The translations under genes were made by a program, and so were the position numbers. Shown here piece after piece: positions 1 to 8,216 of a stretch of DNA of 64,000 nt. The number at the start of each line of letters is the position of its first letter. The first letter of the stretch is position 1. A model generated the notes under the pieces. The model ran no database searches. It had not been told where the DNA came from and was given only the letters and a program-made list of their open reading frames with translations. The DNA is from an uncultured Gammaproteobacteria bacterium (GTDB lineage: Bacteria > Patescibacteriota > Patescibacteriia > SG8-24): NCBI GenBank assembly GCA_964491475.1, contig CAZBFO010000002.1:16501-80500 (forward strand), read 5' to 3'.

Positions 1-31
1 ATCGGCCCATACGCGGAATGCGTACGGACCT

Positions 32-96
32 GGCCCCGTCAGAAGCATCGAGCGGTCGATGACTCTGACGGGGCCCCGTGACAAAGAGTCACGGGG
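32..96 (-). repeat. Structured repeat motif copy A plus adjacent hairpin
   Basis: ggccccgtcaga-agc-atcga-gcgg-tcgat-gac-tctgacggggcc (32-75), then ccccgtgac/gtcacgggg hairpin (74-96). Confidence 0.6.
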
Positions 97-140
97 GCTC
101 GCAAGCTCATGCGTTGCCGCATGAGTGGAAGGGGGGACGA

Positions 141-1820
141 CTAAGCGTCCCCCTCATCCAACTGGGGATCCTCGTCCGGATCCGCCGCCGTGGCACCAAG
201 CGTCATGCGCTCGATCTCCTCCACCTGGCTTACACCAGAGGCGAGATCGTTCGCGATGAACTTGAGCACGGCGTCGCTCCATCCATAGATGAAGCGCACT
301 CCCTTCGTCCCCGAGGGGGCGACGGCGTCGCGGTACGGGGCGATGGTGACCAGATAGGCCCGTGCGTTCGGAGCGACCTCTTCCCTGTAGCGGAGCCACA
401 GGTCGAGGAAGCTCGCGGAACACGAGTATCCGTTGCCATACGCCCAGTCCTCGTTGTCAGTGATGCCGATGAACGCGTCCACCTTGATTTTGTGATCAAG
501 GAGATGCTCCACCGGCGAACCGACCGCCGTGCCACCGCCGTTCAGGGCTGCGATCTTCTCGGCCGTCGTGAGTATTTCATCACGCGACGAGAGGACGCAG
601 TCCGAGCGGACCTCGGTGTCGAACGGGAGCGGGACCGCGCGGCCCTCGACGCGCCGCAGGAGCGCACCGGTGAAGATGCCGGCGATATCGATGAACCGCG
701 TCGATCCCTTGTCGGAGATCGGGCTGCTCATCGAACCGCTGACATCCGTACCGATGGCGACCGTGCGGTCACCGAACGTCGGCATGGCGACGAAGGACAG
801 TTCCAGCGCAGCGCGGAGGGCATCCGCGATACGGCTGTCGTGTCCTTCGGTCTCCACGTACCGACGCCAGGCGTCGAAGAACCGGAACGGGAGCACTCGG
901 GAGTGCTCGACGGCTCGCTGGTCGGTGAGCTTCCGGACGGCGTACCGTACGTTCTCCTCGCTGGCGAATACCCCGTGACGAGTGAACGTCACCAGGTTTC
1001 GCAGCAAGTTGAAGTACGGCGCCTGTCGCAGAAGTTCCGCCCAGATCGCCGGCGTCGTGGCCTTGACCGTCGGTACGACGACCTCGAAGGGCAGGCGTCC
1101 CTGACGAATCAGGGCAATCTGCTCCTCCTCGGTCGTTGCCGACTTCAAGGCCTCGAACGCCCGGATCTGGGGGTTCAGCGCGGGGTCAGAGCCCAGCGCC
1201 GCACCGCCCTTCACGAGCCAGCCGAAACGCTCGGCGACCGCTGCCGTTTCGGGCCGCGGATGCGCCATCCGGAGGATGTCTCGGAGAGTGACCTCGCGGG
1301 AAGCGGACGAACCGTACTTCACCGCATGGTACTCCGAGACGCCGCCGAGATGTGCGCGCACGGCCTTGAGGGCCATGCCGCCGAGCCCGTCCCGACCGGG
1401 GACCGCGCGGCTTCGGCACAGCGTGACGAAGCAGCGCAGGTCATCCGGCGTGCGGATGACGCGGTCGAAGACGGCCTCGAAGTGCGCCTTGGTGCGACCG
1501 CGGCCGCCCGAGAGCACGACGAGTCCGAGCACGGGGAGCGTCTTCATGAGTCCCTTCTCGCGAGCCCAAACGAGGGCGCGAGCAAGGAACTCCGGACACG
1601 CTTCCCGAGCCGCGACGAGCACCTCCAACGCTTCGACGGCAAGGTCTTTGCCGCTGACGTAGAAGGTGTCGCCGAGGGTCCCCGTGGTGAGGACCTGGAC
1701 CGTCTGCTCACGGAGCGAACGGCGGTAGGCAGGCGCCCCCTCCCGGTTCACGTGCGTCGCGAGACGCAGCGAACGACGGGCGGTGGCGGTCGCCTGGACG
1801 AGCTTTTGGACGTTTTGCAT
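141..1820 (-). CDS. TROVE domain / Ro60 (Rsr)-like RNA-binding protein with C-terminal vWA domain
   Basis: N-terminal HVNREGAPAY, LTTGTLGDTFY, LRDILRMAHPRP, LLRNL and LPFRF motifs typical of TROVE proteins; MIDAS DVSGSM and ITDNE in the vWA domain. Start at ATG 1820 behind AGAGGAG. Confidence 0.9.
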   Translation of the reverse strand: MQNVQKLVQATATARRSLRLATHVNREGAPAYRRSLREQTVQVLTTGTLGDTFYVSGKDLAVEALEVLVAAREACPEFLARALVWAREKGLMKTLPVLGLVVLSGGRGRTKAHFEAVFDRVIRTPDDLRCFVTLCRSRAVPGRDGLGGMALKAVRAHLGGVSEYHAVKYGSSASREVTLRDILRMAHPRPETAAVAERFGWLVKGGAALGSDPALNPQIRAFEALKSATTEEEQIALIRQGRLPFEVVVPTVKATTPAIWAELLRQAPYFNLLRNLVTFTRHGVFASEENVRYAVRKLTDQRAVEHSRVLPFRFFDAWRRYVETEGHDSRIADALRAALELSFVAMPTFGDRTVAIGTDVSGSMSSPISDKGSTRFIDIAGIFTGALLRRVEGRAVPLPFDTEVRSDCVLSSRDEILTTAEKIAALNGGGTAVGSPVEHLLDHKIKVDAFIGITDNEDWAYGNGYSCSASFLDLWLRYREEVAPNARAYLVTIAPYRDAVAPSGTKGVRFIYGWSDAVLKFIANDLASGVSQVEEIERMTLGATAADPDEDPQLDEGDA

Positions 1821-1994
1821 GATCTTTTCTCCTCTGCATGCATGTCCGATTCCGTCGGACGACGGTCCAGGCGACCAGCCCGGGTGTTTTGAATAGGTGG
1901 GGGTCAACGGACAATTCGGCGGCCAAGGCCTTTGCAGAATGGTTTCGAAGAAACCTCGGCCTGCAGTCCTACCCCGTGATTTGTAAGGAGCCTT

Positions 1995-2064
1995 CTCCTC
2001 CTATGAAACCTCGATGTCTCGAGAGCTCGTAGGAGGAGCGGTCCGACACGAGCGTGTCGGACCG
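1995..2064 (-). repeat. Structured repeat motif copy B plus adjacent hairpin
   Basis: ctcctcctatga-aac-ctcga-tgtc-tcgag-agc-tcgtaggaggag (1995-2038), then perfect hairpin cggtccgacac-gagc-gtgtcggaccg (2039-2064). Confidence 0.7.
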
Positions 2065-2465
2065 TCCAAGAGAGTTGCCTGCGAACGGCCTCGGGATGTC
2101 GACTGGCGACAGGGATTATTCATCCGTGCGCCACGTCTTTCCTTTGGATATTGAAGTATCCTCGTCCAGCAGTCCTCGAGCCGGTGCGATGCGACGATTT
2201 GTCCTCATGAGATTGGCTGGGCTCCGCCCACACCCCGCATTTCTCTATGCAAGGAGTCCTGGTCTCAATAAGGGTTCGTCGCACGGCGGTCCGGCGGTCA
2301 AAGGACGATCTGCGGACAAGGCTGCTTCCAGGACCTTTGGGGCATAACCCCGAAGTCCGTTCGCCTGCGTTATCCCGTTTTCACGGGGCCGTCGTGCGGT
2401 GATTCTTATGCCAAGATCACCGCACGCCGCTGTCACGGTCGTGGAGGGAACGTCATGGTTCAAAA

Positions 2466-2525
2466 TCCTCCCATGAAACCTCGATTTTCGAGGGCTCATG
2501 GGAGGAGGCGAGCAAAATTGCTCGC
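2466..2525 (-). repeat. Structured repeat motif copy C plus adjacent hairpin
   Basis: tcctcccatga-aac-ctcga-ttt-tcgag-ggc-tcatgggagga (2466-2506), then gcgagcaa/ttgctcgc hairpin (2508-2525). Confidence 0.7.
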
Positions 2526-3484
2526 GCTCCGGAAGAAGCGCATTGGTCTGGCCTGCCCGCATCCCGTGAGGGAAGTCGGGCGATGCGAGTCCCTTGCGGG
2601 GACAAGCACAAGGCCAAACAATGCCGGAAGAACGCGGTTGTGTGGGACCGGGAATTACACCCGATACGGTCGCTTGCGCGACCCATTACGTACGCCTCGC
2701 GGACCGCTCCGCGACCTACAGATCTGTCGGTACCACCTTCTCCCTGGAAGGGATGCGCCTTGAGCGCCGGTGTCGACAGTCCGCAGGAGACCCGCCTCAC
2801 TTTGTTTAGTAGTCGCTCGCGGGGCACGAGCCTAGCCAGTGAACCTCTTTAACGCGTGGCATGGCTTACGCGCGCCGCGAGATTCCGCTCGCGGGTCGTC
2901 CGATTCCTAGAATCGGGAAGTAAACGATGCGTCCGGACAGCCGGACGCTCACCCGCCATTCCAGCGAGGGTCCTCCGGTGGCCACCGGCAGGTTCGAACG
3001 CTTCAGAAGCGATCGCATTCGAGGGTCGCGGTCGTCCGCCCCTCTCGGCGCATGGCGGTCGCACCGCCTGACGTCGATGATTCTGCGCAGTCCGTTTCCA
3101 TTGCGGGTCGAGCTCTCTTGAGACCCCCTCGGCAAGACCGTTCTTGCGTAGGGGGCCAGGGCCTTGTCCCGGGAAACGGTGACGGAACCTTCGTTCCACC
3201 GTGCCCCTCGTGAAGGGCTGCGAACTCGGGCGTCTGCGCGACACCTGTTCACGTTTTTGGCGATGACCGCCGGAAAAGAGGCAGAGTTTCCTCCGTTCCT
3301 CACCGAACCTCGCAGGCCATTTCCCGTATAAAAAGGGAAAAATATGTTTTACCTGGGGTCGGCAGGGGAGCGGGCGGGGAGCGGACAAGCGCGTCCCCGG
3401 ATCCGCCCCTATCCCGGCGGTCGGTCATCCTTTTGGGTTGGAAGGTTCTCGTTCGCGTCACCTGTTGTGACTACCGAACGTAGG

Positions 3485-3513
3485 ACAATAGCATAAAACG
3501 AAAACTTTGTCAA
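3485..3513 (-). promoter_or_regulatory. sigma70-type promoter for the ncRNA/Ro60 unit
   Basis: Minus strand TTGACA-17 nt-TATTGT with extended -10 TG, in an AT-rich intergenic block; predicted start about 3478. Confidence 0.75.
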
Positions 3514-3658
3514 GGGTCTGATGGACAGATTTGTATAAATCAATTAAAAAGCCAATAAATAAAGGTAAATTTTAACTTTGTAATGTAATAAATTTGATTG
3601 AATTTGTTTTATATAATGCTATGCATGAAGGTGCGCAGGTTGATTTGTCCAGCCAATC

Positions 3659-3687
3659 TTGACATTTAGGTCATTTTGTGGTAGCTT
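3659..3687 (+). promoter_or_regulatory. Divergent sigma70-type promoter
   Basis: TTGACA (3659-3664), 17 nt, TAGCTT (3682-3687). Confidence 0.55.
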
Positions 3688-3693
3688 TCCTTG

Positions 3694-4050
3694 TTCCCCA
3701 CACAACAGGAGGTGGCCATGGGAACGGCTCCACAAGGGCAACAAACGGCGCCTCCATCGTACGGAGGCACATCATGGGCGGCGGACAGTAGCACTTTCAA
3801 GGTCAAATCGGCGAAAGCCATTCGCAAGGAGAACGGGTACATGCACTATGTTGCACTGGAAATGAGCGTACATCGTCAGGATCAATCGACGGCGTTCTCT
3901 CGCTCGTTGACCCGCAACCCTTGCGAAAGGAGGCTTTCATGCAGGGTGGCCAATAGGCTTTAGGGGGCCAACGGCCCCGGCGATAGATCGACGCAATGGG
4001 GCGTCGAACTCGCCGGGGCCTGACCCCCGAATGCCTTATGCGGTCAAAGC
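3694..4050 (+). ncRNA. Putative ~350-nt structured RNA (alternatively a small ORF at 3718-3963)
   Basis: Lies between a promoter and a terminator; GNRA-capped hairpins at 3810-3819 and 3821-3830; stem 3829-3835/3893-3899; long hairpin with 11-bp core 3973-3983/4010-4020. Confidence 0.4.
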
Positions 4051-4085
4051 AAAAAGCGCCCTCCGGCTTGGAGAGGCGCTCTTTT
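4051..4085. terminator. Bidirectional intrinsic terminator
   Basis: A-tract, agcgcc-ctcc/ggag-ggcgct stem, T-tract, between convergent units. Confidence 0.65.
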
Positions 4086-4117
4086 ATTTATTGCATGCAT
4101 CGGTTTTTGGACGGGCG

Positions 4118-4852
4118 CTATTTTTTTGCGCCCTTGAAGGCAAGTTCGAACAGAAGGCGAACGGTCTTAGCCAGAGCGGGGCTTTCGATGACAACGGACT
4201 GCATTTTTCCTTCGAAGGTAATGAGGGCCAGTTTATCCCCGTATATGCCTATGTTTGAACGGAAATTTGAGAATTCCTTGGGAAGGTAAATGACATCTGC
4301 CGAGGGAGCGATCTTGGGTTTGCTGTTCCAGTAGATTCCGCGGACTCGCGTTTTGGATTTGGTGAGCGCCGCGCGCATGGCTGCAAGGTCCTCCGATTTA
4401 AGCACGGAGTACATGGCGTCGACGTCGGTAAATTCCACAGATTGCCTGGTTTTAGTCTGTTGCATGTCCTCAATGATGGCAAAAATGCCTTCCTTCCCCT
4501 CAAAAACCTGTACGACCGGCTTTTCGCCGCCGGCGCGCAGTTCCAGCTCGGGAACCATTTTCTCAAGGTCTTTCACCCTCTCATGCACTTCGGCGTCGCG
4601 GCGCTTGGCGTAGGCGAGCAGCTTTTCTGCAGGTTCGGCCGCGTAAATACTGCGTTTTCCGCGCAACGCGCTGGACATCAGTCCGCGTGAAGTCAGGTTG
4701 TCGATGGCCATGTACACCGCCTGGCGAGAGAGTCCGGCGCGCTTGGCGATTTCGAGAACGGTACCCGGCCCGTCCTCGAAGGCCGTCAAATACGTCTTGA
4801 TTTCACTGTCGATTAGGCCGAGGGACTGGAGAATGGGGGAGAGGTCTTTCAT
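4118..4852 (-). CDS. TrmB-family HTH transcriptional regulator
   Basis: LQSLGLIDSEIKTYL...IAKRAGLSRQAVY winged HTH; VQVFEGKEGI and IYGDKLALITF motifs of the TrmB-like family common in CPR. Confidence 0.85.
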   Translation of the reverse strand: MKDLSPILQSLGLIDSEIKTYLTAFEDGPGTVLEIAKRAGLSRQAVYMAIDNLTSRGLMSSALRGKRSIYAAEPAEKLLAYAKRRDAEVHERVKDLEKMVPELELRAGGEKPVVQVFEGKEGIFAIIEDMQQTKTRQSVEFTDVDAMYSVLKSEDLAAMRAALTKSKTRVRGIYWNSKPKIAPSADVIYLPKEFSNFRSNIGIYGDKLALITFEGKMQSVVIESPALAKTVRLLFELAFKGAKK

Positions 4853-4944
4853 AGCGCTCTTATGATAGCATAAAGGTCTTAAGACGTTCGGTGTCCCCAA
4901 GTAAAGAGGGCACATCATGATGATGTGCCCTTTTGGTACTGCCA

Positions 4945-5214
4945 CTAATGTCTTTCGAGGTCGTTGATCAGGATCGCCAGCCGGTTTCTGAACTCGGAGG
5001 CGTCGATGCGGTTTTCCCGACGCTCCCTGATGAGCGCCTGGCCCGCTTCGGTCCGCAGGGCCTGCGCGCCAAGGGCGAAAATCTCGCCGAGCTTGTCGAT
5101 AAAACCGCCGTCATCCTCGGCAGAACGTGACCCCAGCAGCTCCGCGGTCCTAGCCATCTCCTGGTTCAAGGGCGATTCGTCGTGCACGGCACGATCGGGA
5201 TGCGCCGACTTCAT
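4945..5214 (-). CDS. Small hypothetical protein
   Basis: GGAGG upstream of ATG 5214; helical 89-aa product; co-oriented with neighbours. Confidence 0.5.
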   Translation of the reverse strand: MKSAHPDRAVHDESPLNQEMARTAELLGSRSAEDDGGFIDKLGEIFALGAQALRTEAGQALIRERRENRIDASEFRNRLAILINDLERH

Positions 5215-5280
5215 CGAGGTTCCTCCAGTGTCATCAGATTGACTCGCGTCATCGGAGTGACTGCGCATAGTATCAGGGAA

Positions 5281-6480
5281 TTACCGCAATGTCAATGCTT
5301 TGTCCTTCGTGCGGATCGCGAGGGGGGTTTCGCTGACGATGGCTCCGTTCTCGATCAGTACCGAAGTGATCTTTTTGACGGTAGCATGCCTGGTCGAGGT
5401 TTCGGCGGGCGGGTAGGCCTTCTTGATTTCCTCGGGGGTGAACTTGCTGGCGGCGGCCCACGACCGCATCTCGCCCAACATCAGCGCCAGACGCTTGGTC
5501 TCGTTGTCGTTCAAGCCGAGTTGTGCCGCCGCATTTTTGGCCTGATCGTCAGGCCTGCCGCTCTGCAGCAATTGCACGACCTCCAATCGGGAGAGGTTCG
5601 ACGCTTCCGCCCAGGAAGCAATCTTTTTTTCGTCGAATTTGTCGGCATGGCTGGTGGCCGCTTCGAGGAAAAAATGGTGATAGCGGCCAAGCGTTTCCGA
5701 CGCCTTCTCGCCCATGTCTTTGCCTCCGAGGATTTTTTCAAAATCGCGCCTGGCTTCGAGCATGCGTTTTTCCGATTCGCTCAATTCGGCCTCCGCAGCC
5801 GACGCGAGCTGGTCAACATACTCTTGGTGGGCCATGGCGACGGCACGGGCGCTTTCGTTGGACGACGAGCTTTTCACCTGAACGAGGCGAACGAGCTCGA
5901 TGTCCGTCTCGTCTTTCGCATCCTGAAAGATCTGCACGGCGTCGATTTTGTGCTTCGCGTCGATATGATCGTTGAGGCCGATGAATTGCCGCTTGTCGTA
6001 TGAATCGGCTATCAATTCGAAATCCGTCTTCAGCCTTTGTATGGCCTTCTTCATTCCCTCGAGACCGCGCCAGATCCGTCCGATTCGGTCGTTCATCTCG
6101 ATGTTGTCGATGCCCGGAAACTTCGGGCTGCCGATGAACCTCCCCACCTTCTCCTTGAGTTCGGTCTCTCGCAGCGGTTCGCCTCCACGACGCTGCCTTG
6201 CCAGGGATTCGCGCAAAAGCGTGTTGTTTATGCTGCTTTCAGTGTCGCGCAACCGGCCCTTGTCTTTCCCGGTGACTTTCATCAGCCGTTCCATCAGCTC
6301 GCTGACATCAACGGTCGGGGCGCGCTCGATGGGCTGGAGCTGTCGTTCAAAAAGCTCATCTTTTTTTTCGGCGGACTGCTCGACAAAACCGAAGGTCTTG
6401 AGCGGCTGCTCGGATTTGGGCTCATTCTTCCTTTTTTCCTGCCTCGGTCGCTCATGGCCGAAGGATTCTGCACTTTGCAT
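5281..6480 (-). CDS. Hypothetical protein, possible PD-(D/E)xK-like motif
   Basis: 399-aa charged ORF; IDAKHKIDAV...LVQVKSS resembles a D...QxK nuclease-fold signature. Confidence 0.6.
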   Translation of the reverse strand: MQSAESFGHERPRQEKRKNEPKSEQPLKTFGFVEQSAEKKDELFERQLQPIERAPTVDVSELMERLMKVTGKDKGRLRDTESSINNTLLRESLARQRRGGEPLRETELKEKVGRFIGSPKFPGIDNIEMNDRIGRIWRGLEGMKKAIQRLKTDFELIADSYDKRQFIGLNDHIDAKHKIDAVQIFQDAKDETDIELVRLVQVKSSSSNESARAVAMAHQEYVDQLASAAEAELSESEKRMLEARRDFEKILGGKDMGEKASETLGRYHHFFLEAATSHADKFDEKKIASWAEASNLSRLEVVQLLQSGRPDDQAKNAAAQLGLNDNETKRLALMLGEMRSWAAASKFTPEEIKKAYPPAETSTRHATVKKITSVLIENGAIVSETPLAIRTKDKALTLR

Positions 6481-6492
6481 ATAAAGATCACG

Positions 6493-7179
6493 TTATTCTC
6501 CGGCCTCATCCGGCGAAATCGTCACGTCCATGAATGGATCCTTTTCGCCGAGCGCCTGCTTGAAGGCGAGAATCGCCTGGCGGCTGTCGGCGGCTTCGGT
6601 CAGGGCGCTGCCGACGGTGAGGAGGTCGGCACCGGCTGCGGCGATGGCCGCGACATTCGTCGGCTTCACTCCTCCGTCCACGCCAATGATTGCCTCGGGG
6701 CGCAGTTCCCTGACGGCCTTCACTTTTTCGATGGCGATGTCCTGAAACTGCTGGCCGTTCTTGCCAGGGACGACGCCCATGACCAGAACCCCGGCGAAAT
6801 CACCGATGATGGGCGTGAGGTCGGCGACGGGCGTGTCCGGATTTATTGCCAGAAGCAGGCGGTCGCAGTGAGGGAACGTGCCGCGGCAAATCATCTTTTC
6901 GCGGGGAGTGGCCTCGGCATGGAAGATGACGCGGTTGGCGCCGGCGGCGATCCATACGGGCACCGCATGTTCGGGGTTCGAGACCATCAAGTGCGCTTCG
7001 TATTCGATGCCGTCGAGCAGTTCGCGCATCCGTTCCGGCGGCGCCCAGGTGGTGTCCTCGACGAAGACGCCGTCCATGACGTCGATATGCAAAGGCAGGC
7101 CCAGCACGCGCACGCGGTTGACCTTCTCGATGAATTCTTCTTCGGAATGGGCGAGGATCGCCGGCAGGATCGTGGCCAT
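6493..7179 (-). CDS. rpe: Ribulose-phosphate 3-epimerase
   Basis: HIDVMDGVFV, EAHLMV, LVMGVVPG and GVDGGV motifs. Confidence 0.93.
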   Translation of the reverse strand: MATILPAILAHSEEEFIEKVNRVRVLGLPLHIDVMDGVFVEDTTWAPPERMRELLDGIEYEAHLMVSNPEHAVPVWIAAGANRVIFHAEATPREKMICRGTFPHCDRLLLAINPDTPVADLTPIIGDFAGVLVMGVVPGKNGQQFQDIAIEKVKAVRELRPEAIIGVDGGVKPTNVAAIAAAGADLLTVGSALTEAADSRQAILAFKQALGEKDPFMDVTISPDEAGE

Positions 7180-7192
7180 GGTCGGGAGGATA

Positions 7193-7672
7193 TCAGGATT
7201 TCTTCCGTTTTTCGTAGGCAGAGATTTTTTTTATGCGGCGGGCGTGGCGCTTGTCGCCGGAGAACGGCGTGGTGAGCCAGAGCGTCACCAGCTTCTTCGC
7301 CAGACGCAGGTCCTTCGTGGCCGTGCGGCCCCCGAGGCTCAAGACGTTGGCGTCGTTGTGCTCGCGCGACTTCTTGGCAGTGAAGGCGTCATAGGCCATG
7401 ACGGCGCGGATGCCGTCGACCTTGTTGGCGGCCAGCGCCTCGCCGACGCCGCTGCCTCCGAAGACAATGCCCAATGCGCCACGGGTCTTGGCGACCGCTT
7501 CGGCTGCGGGGATGATGAAGTCCGGATAGTCGTCGCCGGCGTCTTCAGTATAAGCACCGACATCGTGCACATGGTAGCCTTTCTCGACAAGAAACGCCTT
7601 GATGGCGTTCTTGAGCTTGAGGCCGGCATGGTCGGTGGCCAAGTAGATGACAGGTTTGTCGGTGCGGTGCAT
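7193..7672 (-). CDS. rpiB: Ribose-5-phosphate isomerase B (RpiB/LacAB family)
   Basis: DHAG, DYPD, GSGVG, ANKVDGIRA, REHNDANVL and RHARRI motifs. Confidence 0.93.
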   Translation of the reverse strand: MHRTDKPVIYLATDHAGLKLKNAIKAFLVEKGYHVHDVGAYTEDAGDDYPDFIIPAAEAVAKTRGALGIVFGGSGVGEALAANKVDGIRAVMAYDAFTAKKSREHNDANVLSLGGRTATKDLRLAKKLVTLWLTTPFSGDKRHARRIKKISAYEKRKKS

Positions 7673-7797
7673 AAGCATTTTGTTACTCTTATTTTAGCAT
7701 TTTTTGAGGCTATTGTCACGTGGGAAACGTGGTCCCGCCGCTTGACCGAAACCCCAAAAATTGCTACAGAAACAGCAGTCGCTTGGAGGAATCACAA

Positions 7798-8121
7798 GTG
7801 AAAACAGCGTCTCAAAGAGGCTTTACGGCTATCGAGCTGCTCGTTGCGGTGGTTGTCGCCGGCCTACTGGTGGTCGCGGGGGTCACCTTCGCTGGGCGGC
7901 GCGTGGTCGATGACGGGGAGGCCGTCAAAACGGCCGCCGGCGCGGGTGTGACGGAGGGGAAAGTCGCCGAGCGCCATAACTGGCTGGCTTGGCGACACGG
8001 CTGCACCTTCGTCGATGCCGACTCATTCGTGGTCGCCGGCAAGACCGCCGACGGCAAGGAAAGCAGCGTCACCGTTTGCTGCGACTCCTGGTTCAGGGGT
8101 TGCAAGGCGGCGAAAAAGTGA
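7798..8121 (+). CDS. Small type IV prepilin-like protein
   Basis: GGAGGA then GTG; class III signal RGF-TAIELL followed by a hydrophobic helix; Cys-containing C-terminus. Confidence 0.75.
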   Translation: MKTASQRGFTAIELLVAVVVAGLLVVAGVTFAGRRVVDDGEAVKTAAGAGVTEGKVAERHNWLAWRHGCTFVDADSFVVAGKTADGKESSVTVCCDSWFRGCKAAKK

Positions 8122-8216
8122 GGTTTGAGACCGGTTTTGGCCGGTCTTTTTTATTGTCCCGACTCGTCCGCCAGCCCTTGAATTGTTACGGCGACTTGGT
8201 TACATTTAGCCTTGCT

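Larger units (their letters stand above)
1821..3480 (-). ncRNA. Putative large structured non-coding RNA or RNA array co-transcribed with the Ro60 gene
   Basis: No credible ORF between a sigma70 promoter (3485-3513) and the Ro60 start; many near-perfect hairpins, several with GNRA loops on the minus strand; repeated covarying motif at 1995-2038 and 2466-2506. Confidence 0.6.

Noticed and set aside
2358-2365. Match to the bacterial Y RNA GNCGAAN(0-1)G motif on the minus strand
   Set aside because: One short match in 1.6 kb is expected by chance; I could not build the Y RNA stem around it.
2986-3005. GGTTCGAA as a tRNA/YrlA T-loop
   Set aside because: Flanks do not form a T-stem and there is no acceptor or D arm; it is also on the strand opposite Ro60.
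1838-3388. Short ORFs listed in the Ro60 upstream region
   Set aside because: Overlapping on both strands, no RBS, no recognisable motifs; composition fits translated GC-rich hairpins.
3305-3418. Group II intron domain V/VI-like end (bulged A in cctatccc)
   Set aside because: No canonical domain V, no intron-encoded protein, no interrupted host gene.
3801-3835. c-di-GMP-I riboswitch or tmRNA similarity
   Set aside because: The GAAA hairpin is present but the GACGCAAA/P3 elements are not; no tRNA-like ends or tag peptide for tmRNA.
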